Below, one piece after another: positions 51,263-64,000 of a DNA stretch of 64,000 nucleotides. A model generated the notes under the pieces. It made no database searches. It was not told the DNA's origin and saw nothing but the letters and a program-made list of their open reading frames with translations. The stretch spans positions 17,237,579 to 17,301,578 of the forward strand of contig NC_068987.1 in the NCBI RefSeq assembly GCF_001194135.2, written 5' to 3'. The position numbers were made by a program, and so were the translations under genes. Source of the stretch: Octopus bimaculoides (taxonomy: Eukaryota). Numbering within the stretch: position 1 is the first letter of the stretch; every line of letters starts with the position of its first letter.

Positions 51263-52008
51263 TCATCTATCTCTATATGTATGTGTGTGTATGNNNNNNN
51301 NNNTCTATCTATCTATCTATCTATCTATTCATCTATCTCTATATGTATGTGTGTGTATGTGTATAATGTGGCACAGAGACTCCCAGAACTAAAAACTGTT
51401 TTTGATGTATCATCTTAGCATAAGATTAACACTGAAGACAATTCTGTTCTATCAAGACACATAATCAACCTCATCAATGTAATTTTTTAACATGGTCAAA
51501 CTTGCCAGGACAAAAGGCAATTCCTTCGGACCACGAAATATAAAAGATTCAGAAATGAGAAACATTTCAAACATCATGAACTGTCTGGCGGATGTGGATG
51601 TGACTATGATTTCGGCGCGTGGGCAATATCATTCAATGCGGTGGTTTCAAATGCATTAAACATAAACGGCACCTGGGAATCTATAAACAAGAAGCAGCAG
51701 CGAAACATTAGCGTAAGATACCCATTACAGCTAGATTTCTTTAGTATTAGATACATCGACATCAAATATAAGCAAAATTACTATTAACTTATATTTTCAA
51801 AGCTAGAAGTTAAAAGTACTATCGATAAAAAAACATAAATTACTTCTAACAGTATATAGTGATATCTCAAAAATTATACAACAAAATACTATCAGCGAAC
51901 GAAACGTATTCACTACAATTTACTGAAACACGAATATATAGTATGGGAATTAATGACAACCCACGGAATAAGAAGCTTAGAACTTCAAGCATACAGGTTA
52001 ATTTATGA

Positions 52009-52030
<22 letters not shown>

Positions 52031-52040
<10 letters not shown>

Positions 52041-52276
52041 ACTTGGGGATGGTCATATTACCAGTTTAGCCAATAAAAACACACGCACTGTATATTTGGT
52101 GTTAATTTGCTTCAGCTTTATATTACATTAATCTTAATCTTATTTAATATGTTTAATATATTTAATATTTTTAATCTTATGTAATATAAAGCTGAAGCAA
52201 ATGAACACCAAATATACAGTGCGTGTGTTTTTATTGGCTAAACTGGCAATATGACCGTCCCCAAGTACAACAACAT
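52031..52276. mobile_element. MITE with 98-bp terminal inverted repeats
   Basis: 52031-52128 versus 52179-52276 differ at 3 of 98 positions; 50-bp AT-rich spacer; left flank is (TA)n. Confidence 0.9.
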
Positions 52277-52314
52277 CTGTTTCAACACACGATTTCACAT
52301 CAGAAATCTTGCAA

Positions 52315-52355
<41 letters not shown>

Positions 52356-52359
52356 CTTT

Positions 52360-52735
52360 TTTCTTTTATTGTGTTACTTGTTTCAGTCATGAGATTCCAG
52401 ACATTCTGGGGCACCGCCTCGAAGAATATTAGTCGAATGAATTGATCCCTGTACTTTAATTAATTCAAGCCTGGTACGTATTCTTTTGCCAAACCGCTAA
52501 TTTGTGGGGACGTGAACACACCAACACCGATTGTCAAGTGGTTGGAGTGGGAAGGTGGACAAACATAGATACGCACACATATATATGTATACATATATAA
52601 CAAACTTCTTTCAGTTTCCGGCTACCCAATCCTCTCAAGGCTTTGGTCGGCCCGAGGCTAGAGTGGAAGATATTTGATGAAGGTGCCACGCAGTGGGACT
52701 GAACTATGTGGATGGGAAGTAAGCTCCTTACCATA
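52360..52735 (-). mobile_element. SINE family A, complete copy (degenerate)
   Basis: TTACTTGTTTCAGTCAT tail, 3' module, short TA tract, TTCTTTCAGTTTCCG..AAGGTGCCACGCAGTGGGACTGAAC..CTTACCA head. Confidence 0.85.
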
Positions 52736-53147
52736 CATACATACATATATATATATTTATATATATATATATATNNNNNNNNNNNNNNNNNNNNNNNNNN
52801 NNNNNNNNNNNNNNNNNNNNNNNNNNNNNNNNNNNNNNNNNNNNNNNNNNNNNNNNNNNNNNNNNNNNNNNNNNNNNNNNNNNNNNNNNNNNNNNNNNNN
52901 NNNNNNNNNNNNNNNNNNNNNNNNNNNNNNNNNNNNNNNNNNNNNNNNNNNNNNNNNNNNNNNNNNNNNNNNNNNNNNNNNNNNNNNNNNNNNNNNNNNN
53001 NNNNNNNNNNNNNNNNNNNNNNNNNNNNNNNNNNNNNNNNNNNNNNNNNNNNNNNNNNNNNNNNNNNNNNNNNNNNNNNNNNNNNNNNNNNNNNNNNNNN
53101 NNNNNNNNNNNNNNNNNNNNNNNNNNNNNNNNNNNNNNNNNNNNNNN

Positions 53148-53209
<62 letters not shown>

Positions 53210-53569
53210 GCCGATGTATTCATACATATATTTGTATTTATCCGTTTCTTTCTATTCGTTTTTGTGTGATATGTTTTTAACGAAGTAAAATAGAATGTTT
53301 TTTGATGGAATGAAAGACAGAAAACTTTATACTAAGAGAATTATTTAGTAGAACTATTGTCTAAACTTGTGTATGGATGTAGAATAATATAGTTCTATAT
53401 TTATTGTAAGTGTTTGAATTGTACGACTTTTTCAAACATTTTTACATACATATATTGAATAATTTATATCTACTATCGTTTGTCCACATCGCTTCCTAAT
53501 TCCTTTGTCCATATCATACTTTTATAACACGTACGCATAGATTTTATACGTAATGAGAATGAAAGTAAT

Positions 53570-53605
53570 AATAACAATAACAACAACAACAACAGCAACA
53601 ACACC

Positions 53606-53659
<54 letters not shown>

Positions 53660-53802
53660 TATAATAATAATAATTTCAACTATCGGCACAAGGCCAGGAA
53701 TTTCAGCGCCAAGTCGATTACATCGATTACATCGACCTCAGTGTTTCGCTAGTACTTAATTTACTCACCCCCGAAAGGATGAAAGGCAAAGTCGACCTCG
53801 GC
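53570..53802 (-). mobile_element. 5'-truncated SINE family B with an expanded (ATT)n tail
   Basis: (AAT/AAC)n at 53570-53673 then GGCACAAGGCC..GTCGATTACATCG..GAAAGGATGAAAGGCAAAGTCGACCTCGGC. Confidence 0.85.
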
Positions 53803-53824
53803 TACTACTACTTCTACAAATTTA

Positions 53825-53968
53825 TTATGAGTTGTAGTGGTAGTGGCAGCAGTAGTAGTAGTAGTAGTAGTAGCAGCACGAGTAGCAACTGCTGCAGTAG
53901 CAACAATGGCAGCAACAGCAGCAGCAGCAGTGGTAGTAGTAGTGGTAGTAGTAGTAGTAGTAGTAGTG

Positions 53969-54000
<32 letters not shown>
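53825..54000. repeat. (AGT/AGC)n tract
   Basis: Directly visible. Confidence 0.9.
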
Positions 54001-54888
54001 TGCTTGACTCAAGATTCGTCTTACTCTTGGTAGGATTTATATGGGTAGTGGCCTCCTCCTTGTAACTTTAGATATCCACATGATTTCAATAAGCCATAAA
54101 GTACTCAAAACCCTGCTGATGATCTTGCCTGTTCCCAAGAAGCAAACCTTCTACAGTCCCTAAAGCTTCAGTTATAATCATATGTACAACCTTATTATTT
54201 TTACTAGTAAAACAGTATTGTTTTCCAGATGCGGAACTATCCTGCTGTACATTACTGATCCAAGAGATTTATATGCTGTTTGTAGATACGTAGTAAACAA
54301 ATAACTTCATGGATGTGTGATGCTGTTTCTGGGTTAAGTGGGGTGTAGAATGGATACCCACTTAACTTCGCAGCCAGGTGTTGATACGTGTTTGTTAGGT
54401 ATTTCATTAAATGCAGCTGCTCTGTATTCATAGCTACTTGGTGAAGTACTTCAGCCAAAAGTTTGAGGCCATGTCTGTTTCTGATGTTTTCCTTTGCAAA
54501 CAGCTCTCAGTGTGTCAGCAGTTTTCTTTTGGTTTATTGTGCATTGTTGCTATGGCATATTGGTATTTTCTGCTTCATATTACTTCCAAAAATGTCTGTA
54601 TTATTTCTGTAGCTGCAGTTGTTGTTTCTTTTTCAGCAAAATCATTTGTTATTTACCTCGAAAGACGACTTCATGCTACGTTTTCCGTTGCATATTTTTG
54701 CGGCTATACACTTCTTCAGTTTTACTTTTGCTTGCAAGTTGATCTCTATATTTATTCATGATACATTTTTTATGTAATCCTTTTCCTTCATATGCATGCA
54801 GGACCCCTTTTATAGTTCACATAGGATAGGGCTTCTCTTTTTTACAAAAAAGCTGTGCTACAATTTCTTTCTATTTCGGTATTTTGGG

Positions 54889-54992
54889 TTTGATCGGGAG
54901 TTTTCCTTGTTAAGTCCATGCCCACTTTCGCTTAATATGGTTTGATTGGGAGTTTTCCTTGTTATGTCCATGCCCACATTCGCTTAATATGG
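54889..54992. repeat. Tandem duplication, 2 x 52 bp
   Basis: TTTGAT(C/T)GGGAGTTTTCCTTGTTA(A/T)GTCCATGCCCAC(T/A)TTCGCTTAATATGG repeated at 54889 and 54941. Confidence 0.9.
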
Positions 54993-55625
54993 TTGTAGCT
55001 ACTAACTATATCAGATCATTTATCCTGTTGATATCCAAGAAGCGTATTGTCACCAACCTAAATCCTTGCAGGTATTTATCATACGTATTCTTCCATAGAG
55101 ATCTCTATTCACACGTGGATTGTTGAGGTAAGCACGTCGATTCTACTTTATTGAAAACCCTTTCAAATAACGTTCGGTGTGAAAATATATTTATACTTCT
55201 TGCACATGCAATAAGTAACGCTAAATATCCAACTGAATTGACACCAAACAGATTGCTTACTCCAGTGAATGGATTTGTGCAGATATCTTAGACACATTGC
55301 TAATATCTTCAAAACTAACTCATAACATTCATTCACAATACAACATATATTCACACAGAAATGAAATACCACACGGAAAAACAGATTTTTATATCAACAA
55401 CAAAATAATGCCCATACTCACCAACCTAGCTACAACTGATAAGAGAATTTTTTTTACTTCCATTACTCGCTAGCAACTTATAAATTAAATACTAATCACC
55501 TACTTATGAAACAAAGCTAAATTCTGGTTAGTAAATTATCTGTCACTCTGCCAAACGTGTGTGTGTGTGTGTACATATATATNNNNNNNNNNNNNNNNNN
55601 NNNNNNNNNNNNNNNNNNNNNNNNN

Positions 55626-55658
<33 letters not shown>

Positions 55659-56429
55659 CACATATATATATATATATATATATATGTGTGTATGTATGTA
55701 TGTATGTATGTATATATATAAGACTACAAAAATGCATTTTGTTTTTGTTTCTGAGCACAGTAAAAGAAAAATTAAATCGCCCTTTCTCCAACTTATATTA
55801 ACCTATATTTACGCGAGTTTCTACTTCCAAGAACCATTAAAACCATTAACTCACCATTGTATATTTGCACCCAAACGCTTACAATCATCGCAATTCTCTA
55901 GACACAGTTGTACAGCTATTACACATCAACATCTTACATATTAAACCTTGGCTTCGGATCAATAAATTTAAGTTAACACCCACGAAATCCAACATATTTT
56001 ATATTAACTGCAACACCAGAGAATATTGAATATAAGAAAAAAATACGCCCAACTCCATAAACGTAACCATATACATAAAAGATGAAACTTTTCCCTCTTT
56101 CATACGATACAACTAGACAAATCAAATATTACATAACATACAGTGTAATGAAAACAAAATAATGAACAAATGCACGTAGATCACGCTTATCTATCCATTT
56201 GGTCATGGAAAGAAAAGCAATGACATAAATATATAATCAATAGATTTGATCTATCATGGGTTATAAGAGTTCAGTTTGGGCCCTCATCTCTACACACCAA
56301 ACATAAACAAACCAACCTTTTTTTTTTACTCCATTATATGTTAGATGTTAGGACATTATCGATAAAGTGTGTATATATATATAGTACGTTAGCATATCAT
56401 ATCAAAGTGTATCGATTTTTTTTCCGATC

Positions 56430-56900
56430 TTGCCATAACCACTAACATATTTTTGATACTGTTACCAGGATTTAACAGTAGTTAAACTTCCCTGGCTACA
56501 TATAGCAGAGTATTCAAGGCAGGAATTGAACTTCTAAGTCTCTATTGTGTAACTCCCTTAAACAGTTCTGCGAAGTGCTGCCGTAAAATTCCAAATGTCT
56601 GCCTAGAATCTGACATCACAGGCGTATAGAAGTACGCTATGCTCTATACTGAATTTCAATTGCACCGACATGTCGTCCACCCGTCTGAGGTTATTACTCC
56701 TTCGTTTCAAACAGCTGGTTCAATAACTTGGATGACCATATTTACCCCCGTATTTCGTGTCAAACAAATGTTCGAGCGGTATTTTCTTCTCTAGTATAGC
56801 GAACGTGTTACCTTTTATAATAGCCTCTTCCAAACTGCCTACGAACTACACTCTAATTTCCTGTTTCCTATTGCTATGGCCTTGCTATGTTGTACAATTA
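56430..56900 (-). mobile_element. Possible old RTE-type LINE remnant (post-RT region)
   Basis: HSVLLYACD followed by ..QNCLRS..I resembles LTTLLYACETW..FHQRCLR.ILNI. Very degenerate. Confidence 0.35.
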
Positions 56901-57164
56901 GAAAATCAATATAAGATGACCGGAATGAGCGGTAAATATGAAGGGAGGAGGCTTGCTGTGCATTTACGGTCTCCCTAGGCTATGGATTTTGATTGATTAG
57001 ATAATTAGCAAACAATTAAGGCATTTCCTTCTGTCTTTTTTAAAAATTCTACTTCCAACAGCACTAATAGCAGCATCTTCATTGTGATCATCACTATTTT
57101 CCCGACGATGATGATAAATACCTTATCTTCCTACATTTTTATCACCGTCACCGTTATCATGGTG

Positions 57165-57278
57165 ATGGTGATCACATCAACATCATCGCTGTCCTCGGCG
57201 TCGTTATTATTTCCATCATTACCATCACTCCTCCCATCATCATCATCATCATCATCGTCATCATCATCATCATCGTCG

Positions 57279-57322
<44 letters not shown>

Positions 57323-57344
57323 GTCATCATCATCATCATCGTCG

Positions 57345-57376
<32 letters not shown>

Positions 57377-57452
57377 GTTGAAGTCGTAGGTATCATCGTC
57401 ATCATCTTCAATACCTTCAACGTCAACATCAACACAATCGTCACAATCACCA

Positions 57453-57498
<46 letters not shown>

Positions 57499-57560
57499 TT
57501 TCAACACCATTATTATCATTCTCCTCCTGTTCCTCGTCATCGTTGTCATCATTATCATCT
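57165..57560. repeat. (CAT/CGT)n plus (ATT)n compound trinucleotide tract
   Basis: Directly visible. Confidence 0.95.
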
Positions 57561-58677
57561 ATACCCATTCCCGTCGTCATCATAAACACCCCCGCGCGCC
57601 CACACACATACGCACACACATATACCCACCCCCACACACGCAGACCATCATAGTCAATTCTATTTTCATTTCACTGGCATATTCATTATGAGAACGATCA
57701 CTGTAGAAACCGCCATCACTGACAATGAATATATCCATGATGTTTAATATTCTGCAACTGACCTTTCTCCTCCTAAGAAATAATGCAATCTAGCTGTTGA
57801 TCTTTATACTACTATAACGAAGTTTTCTATCTGTCAATTTGTTATTAAAAATATCAAATGCAACAAGAATATCACATCTGAAAATGGCTACTGTATGGTT
57901 TTTATAACTTGTGTTGTAACTTTCTCTCCCACCTCTCTGTACGGATTACTGTTGTGCTGAACGCTTTAACTGTTTGAATACTTGGTAATAGTAGATCGCA
58001 TCACAAGAGTATTCTTTACAACAACGGAGTTTCATTTGCGTTGCAATTTGTTATTCTGTCACACGAAGAAAGAGAAGAAAATATATTTGGAAATTTTTAT
58101 AAATATTTCATGATGTAAAGATACAATATACACGATATTTTCGCGATAAAAATCCATTTGAATATTGAAAATTGATACGCATAATAGCCGCTAAAATAGG
58201 AATATTTACAAAGGTCACAGAATCAACACATAGCTAACGATTTTGCAATACATTATCACACAGAATGCGCAGTTCCTGTTTATACAACACCCTTACAGAA
58301 AATACAAAGGGAAATCAGAACGTGATTGACAGGGGATCAAGTGGGGAGGTCGGCAAAGCATTCATTAATCATAATGTGTCTACAAATGTCTGTAGGAGCG
58401 TATGTATGTAAGTGTCTGAACATGTGTGCGTGAGTGTGTGTATGGGTGTGTGTTTGCGTGAAAGTGTGTGTATGCGTGTGAATTTATGTCTATATGAGAT
58501 GGCACGTGTATACGACCGAAGCAAACATTTAATTTTAAATAATAAACAAAATATTCGTATAGATTGTGAATTAGTTCCAGGTACATCATATTGTTTACAC
58601 AGTGAAGGAATAATTGGATACAGTCAATTCCTGAAACACAGCATAAACCGAACATACGCGTTCTTGTTGAAAGCCTT

Positions 58678-58753
<76 letters not shown>
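58678..58753. repeat. (CTA)n microsatellite
   Basis: Directly visible. Confidence 0.95.
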
Positions 58754-58757
<4 letters not shown>

Positions 58758-58859
58758 TAGAATTATCTTGTCATTGAAGTATTCTAGAGAGTGGTGAAAC
58801 CAAAAGTAACTGCTTTATAAAGAAGAACCATTTCTTTGATCCCAATTGTTGGAATAAAG

Positions 58860-60160
58860 TGTTGGAATGAGTAACACAGCGCCTGTACTATTTGTTGGTA
58901 TCCTAGATGCTCTTGATGATGGCAACATCACAGATGCCATTAATGTTGATTTCATTAAAACTTCGAATACAATCAAACACAGCGTTCGGCTGAAGATGTT
59001 GTCTTACCGTCATAACCCCCCCCCCCAAAAAAAAACATTCCATCTTTGATAAACACGATTGTAAGCTATTGTAATGAATTAAAGGTTTACTGACAAACAA
59101 AACACAGCGTATTGTAATCGATGGATTTTACTCAATATCAGCAGAAGTTATTAGTGGTATTCCTCAGGGTGATGTGTTAGGCCCATGCATAAATTGCACT
59201 CGAAACTCCACTATATTTAGTAAAATATATGTGACATTAAATTTCAGAAATTCATCAAAAGTGTAAGGAACCCAACAAAATATCAAACTGACATGTGCAC
59301 AAGTATTCTACGTGCGAAAAATGCGAAAAATCAACGTGGTATTAAAGAGGAGCTAAAGTACGAGCTGATCCACTTAGAAAAAGAGTAAATACTTAAACAG
59401 CCATATTCTCTTTCTTCGGGTAAGATCTTCGCAGCACCAAAAATATCAAAGACTTTTGTAACTTTTGACAAGTTCGAATACCCACATCAACAACACAGTC
59501 AACATAGCCCTCAAAAGATGTAAGGATCTTTACAGCCCTCTGACTGTAAAGATCCTTAGAACCTTACAGACCAGAGATCCTGATACCATCTCTATGTTTG
59601 CCGGGATCCGCATTGAATATCGCTGCCCAAATTGTTTTCCAAATCAAAACAAAACATTATAAGAAGCAAAGTACTCCGAAGAAAGATTCCAAAAATGTTT
59701 GTAAAGAGCATGGCATGCTTTGATAATTCGGATCGTCTCAAAAGCTTAAAATTTATTTTTCCCAACGTGTCTGTGACCGTTACGTCATTTGTATAATATG
59801 GAAAATATTCAACCAACACTGTACAAACGCTGCCGGTATCAGATTCACAAATCATCCAAAGTGTGGACGCAGATCTATATGCCTCCTTTAAAAATCAAGC
59901 TCACATCATATTAACAACAATTCTTTTTATTTCAACATTATTTCGAAAAAAGAAACCAACGAGGAAAAATACCTAATTACATACTAACGATACATGGAAA
60001 ATTTCGTCCAAGAAATACGAGAAAAACCACCAACAACCTGATACAACTGTCAAACAATTACTTTCTCGAGTGGAGCATGATAGTCTACAGCCTGGCTTAA
60101 GGACTACGCCTGAAATTAGACAAGACATGGTCTATTTATAGCCGAAACCTCTCTAGGATT
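58860..60160 (+). mobile_element. Fragmented CR1-group LINE (RT domains 3-4 and C-terminal region)
   Basis: ILDALDDGNITDAINVDFIKTSN (YLDF.KAFD-like); KGLLTNKTQRIVIDGFYSISAEVISGIPQGDVLGP; NTHINNTV..KILRTLQTRDPD..RIEYRCP. Confidence 0.8.
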
Positions 60161-60734
60161 ACTTACGTTTATTTATACATGCAGACACAAGATTATTTGT
60201 ACAGCTAAAGATATGTAAAAGAACAGTGTACAAAAAAAAACACCGTAAAAACTGTCTAATAATTGCAAATGAATACATAATATCTCCCGTCGTTTTAAAC
60301 ATAACAAACACCATGATGATAAATTATAAATTTCCAACCTGAAGGAGCTCACAATTGGAAAGACAATAATTTAGTGGACTGAAGATAAAATATCTGTACT
60401 TGTTTGTCAATGAATCGATATTATTCCGCTGTAAGGCGCGTAGGATATTAAAATGCTGTGTTTCAATATGGTTGAAATATTGGAAGCTAAGCACCAAAAT
60501 TATGAATTGCCTTAGAGGATTCATTTGTACTAAAAGTAAATTTTTTCTATGAAACATTTATAGTGGCAGTTCCTGATGATTATACGAGAATGGTCCACCA
60601 GATGCTTTCACTATCTTAAACTAACCAACTCATCCTTCAATTTAAGCCAAGCAAAGTTTTCTGCAAAGTGAAAATTCACTGACCAAATTATGCGCGCGTG
60701 AACACACACGTACGTATATAAGTTTGTATATAAA

Positions 60735-61530
60735 TATACCTTTTTTTACTTTAGTTGTTTCAGTCATTCGACTTCGGCCATACTGGGGCACCACTTTGAA
60801 GGGTTTTTGGGAGCCTAGTACTCATTCTATTAGTTTCTTTTGCCAAACCATTAAATTACTGGGACGTAATCACATCAACACCGGTTGTCAAGCGGCGTGA
60901 GGGAACAAACACAGACACACAGTCACAAATATATATATATATANNNNNNNNNNNNNNNNNNNNNNNNNNNNNNNNNNNNNNNNNNNNNNNNNNNNNNNNN
61001 NNNNNNNNNNNNNNNNNNNNNNNNNNNNNNNNNNNNNNNNNNNNNNNNNNNNNNNNNNNNNNNNNNNNNNNNNNNNNNNNNNNNNNNNNNNNNNNNNNNN
61101 NNNNNNNNNNNNNNNNNNNNNNNNNNNNNNNNNNNNNNNNNNNNNNNNNNNNNNNNNNNNNNNNNNNNNNNNNNNNNNNNNNNNNNNNNNNNNNNNNNNN
61201 NNNNNNNNNNNNNNNNNNNNNNNNNNNNNNNNNNNNNNNNNNNNNNNNNNNNNNNNNNNNNNNNNNNNNNNNNNNNNNNNNNNNNNNNNNNNNNNNNNNN
61301 NNNNNNNNNNNNNNNNNNNNNNNNNNNNNNNNNNNNNNNNNNNNNNNNNNNNNNNNNNNNATATATATATATATATATATACACCACGAGCCTCTTTCAG
61401 TTTCCGTCAACCAAATAGAGGCTTTGGTCGGCTCGAGGCTATATTACAGAAAGAACACTTGCGCGAAGTGCCACGCAGTGGGACTGAAGTCGGAACCATG
61501 TCGTTGGGAAGCAAGATTCTTATCACACAG
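60735..61530 (-). mobile_element. SINE family A, complete copy split by an N-gap in its internal microsatellite
   Basis: 3' module at about 60735-60925, TA tract and gap 60944-61360, 5' module at about 61385-61530 (AAGTGCCACGCAGTGGGACTGAA..CACACAGCCAC). Confidence 0.85.
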
Positions 61531-62185
61531 CCACAGCGTATATACATACACGCGCACACACATACATACATATATTTATTTATATCTATACTTCTTCCGT
61601 TCTTTTTATTTACAGACTTATTTATCGCATAATAAGCACCATTTTTTACATAAAAAGAACCCGTTGGCTCGGCTGAAACAAGTGTAGTATTTGATTATTT
61701 TTTAGTTACAGACTTGATTATTGCATGATAAGAAACATTTACTGCTTTCAAATTGGAGTTGTACAGGGTTTGTCATCGTATCGGAATCTTCTGTGTAATC
61801 TCGATATGAGATGAAGTATATTTAATGTATTGATTAATAAATTTGACTGATGAATTATCAAGTCTTTTGTATCTTCTATACAAGCCATTGTTTATGCGAG
61901 AGATTAATCAACTGTATTTACCAAGATAATTGAGACTTATCATACTGCAACATATACAGGGTTGTGTAAAAGCATGTACACAGTTACATGATATGAGTGG
62001 AATATTTTCAATTCTCTAGTTCCTGTATTTTCCACTCATTCTACTTATATCAAGCAATTGCATACTTATATTTGCTCACCACCGTGTGTGTGTGCGTTTG
62101 TGCATATAGAGAGAAAGGAGAGAGAGAAAGATAGATAAATATATATATATATATATATATATANNNNNNNNNNNNNNNNNNNNNN

Positions 62186-62260
<75 letters not shown>

Positions 62261-62359
62261 CAGGTAGATAGATAGAAATGGGTTTTGTGTCAAGTAGAAA
62301 CTGTACGATTTTCATTAAAACATTGCAAACGCTTGATGGCAACCAGTTATTCTATCAGG

Positions 62360-62960
62360 GCCATCCAATAGTCTATGTTCGATATTTATTGTGTCATGGT
62401 AAGTTGAAGCAAGCAGACAGGATGATAGGACAATGGACAATGAATATGTCCGCTCTCAATGAAGTTAGACATAGTGGGATGGATCAAATATCAAGGAAAG
62501 CAATACGTGATTATATTTCTCAGTAAAGGCAATATGCAGAATAACGGGATCTCTTCATTTTGAATAAACAATATTTCTACATCAATAATTGAATAGAAAC
62601 ATTTAGATAACGATGGAATGCTTTTCGTGAAGCTTAAACCTATGAAATGTAATACCTATATATTTTTTTCGCTGTATATAAAAGGTGGCTACATATATAA
62701 TGCGTCCAATGAAAAGAGATTCTTTCTTCCAATTGTTTCCAAGGGGAATTGATCGTATAACTGTAAGAAGTATGAAAATTGTGATTGATGATCTGAATGC
62801 GAAAGCTGGCTGTAACGTTGAATATATGGAACGGAAAATGCATAAGCAGAGGCTTGGAGTTGCTTATAGAAATGTAAATTTAAGACTGAACACTTTCTGT
62901 GAAGCCAGCATTATCAAAGAAGTAACTATCTCGTTAAACACAGGTTATCCATAAAAAATA
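62360..62960 (+). mobile_element. RTE-clade LINE remnant (APE endonuclease)
   Basis: YVRYLLCHGKLKQADRMI..MNMSALNEVRHSG resembles NVRTL..TGKLAQV.REM..Y..DILGLSEVRW.G. DSFFQ..IDRI..SMKIVIDDLNAKAG..ERKMHKQ.LG..N.RLNTFCEA resembles D.FY..L...P..DM.IVMGDLNAKVG..GKHG.G..N.NG.RL..FCE. Confidence 0.8.
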
Positions 62961-63353
62961 CTTGAACATCTCCAGATAAAATTTGTTGTAATCAATCACA
63001 TTTTTATAAATCATTTACGTCAAAAACATAACGTATAGATGTTTGAATATATCGAGGTGCAAACGCTACAAGAATCGAACATCAGTTAGTAACAGGCGCA
63101 ATTAAGGTAAAGCTAAAGAAACATAGAGCAGATTATCAGATTTCGTATAAGCTGATAGAATGAAAAATGAATGTTTAATTGAATGTGGAATCGATTTGAA
63201 ATGTAAGAAGCTATAGACGAAGAAATATGTTCTCGGCAGAGAAAAAGAAGGGAAAGGAATTCAGATCGAAAATGGAAAGGCATTCCGGCACGGACGAAAC
63301 AAAAATAACTTCTTGAATGTGGGAGAAGATATAGGTTAGAACTTAAACTGGAA

Positions 63354-63443
63354 AAGAGATAAAAACGACTACAACACAAGAGATAAAAACGATTACAACA
63401 CAAGAGATAAAAACGATTACAACACAAGAGATAAAAACGACTA
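63354..63443. repeat. 24-bp minisatellite, about 3.7 copies
   Basis: Unit AAGAGATAAAAACGA(T/C)TACAACAC starting at 63354, 63378, 63402 and 63426. Confidence 0.95.
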
Positions 63444-64000
63444 ACTGTGTTTAGTACTGATAGTGAAGTAATAACGTTGATATATATATACATATCCACG
63501 AAAGCTGGAAACAACTATTTAGTAGTGAAAAATATATTTAATGAAGAAAATGCTCTGATAATTCCTAAACCATAAGAGGCGTTGGAAGTGTAAGAAATGT
63601 TCAAGAAATAGCAAGTTCGTTTCACTAATTAAGACCTGACATCCTCCAGGATTACATGAAATTGCAGAAGAAACGGCAGATTAACAAACAGATAGATAGA
63701 TAGATAATTATTGATGTTTATAAAAAATTACGTCCGAAAGCCAATTCGATTTACTAGTAGAAAAAGCAGAAAAAATATACCCATACATACACATACATAC
63801 ACATACACGTTTTATATAAATATATATAATTTAAATACAACTCACTAACCACTGAGCCTCGGCCATCCACATGTAAATGCATTTATACATATATACATTT
63901 ATGTGTGTATATATATATTATCTATTTTTATTTTTATGTATATATTAATATTTGCATATACATATACATACATATATAAACACACACACACACACACACA

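Noticed and set aside
51480-51790. About 100-codon stop-free frame (HGQTCQDK...SGGCGCDYDFGAW...NYY*)
   Set aside because: No start codon, no recognisable domain and only weak splice signals; compatible with chance or a very old TE.
54105-54150. CTGATGA followed by a TCTTG/CAAGA stem
   Set aside because: No GAAA directly after the stem and no stem I/III; not a hammerhead. The same applies to CTGATGA at about 60574 and the hairpins at about 2800 and 8455.
63354-63443. 24-bp repeats as a CRISPR-like array or coding repeat (RFYLLCCN)
   Set aside because: Units are directly adjacent with no spacers; an ordinary minisatellite in a eukaryotic context.

Overview
Eukaryotic, very AT-rich, microsatellite-dense draft-assembly sequence with about 18 N-gaps, nearly all opening inside (TA)n/(CA)n/(GATA)n tracts. 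The SINE families and repeat landscape look like a coleoid cephalopod (Octopus-like); this is inference from recalled repeat families, not a database hit. I recognise no intact host protein-coding gene. Long ORFs in the track are microsatellite or gap artefacts, or transposon remnants, so the window is probably intergenic or intronic. Supportable content: three tRNA-derived SINE families (about 30 copies); decayed non-LTR retrotransposons of the R4/Dong-like RLE, RTE and CR1/L2 groups; Penelope-like remnants with hammerhead-ribozyme-like motifs; one near full-length dead mariner; several fold-back/MITE palindromes; and one tRNA-Thr-like pseudogene. The best leads are a type I hammerhead-like fold (20878-20932), a 173-bp palindrome built from a hammerhead-like unit (47372-47544), a LINE/SINE pair sharing a 3' tail, R4/Dong-like insertions abutting (TAA)n, tandem C2H2 fingers missed by the ORF track, and a mellifera-type mariner. 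I found no convincing wholly new biological system. All alignments were done by eye.
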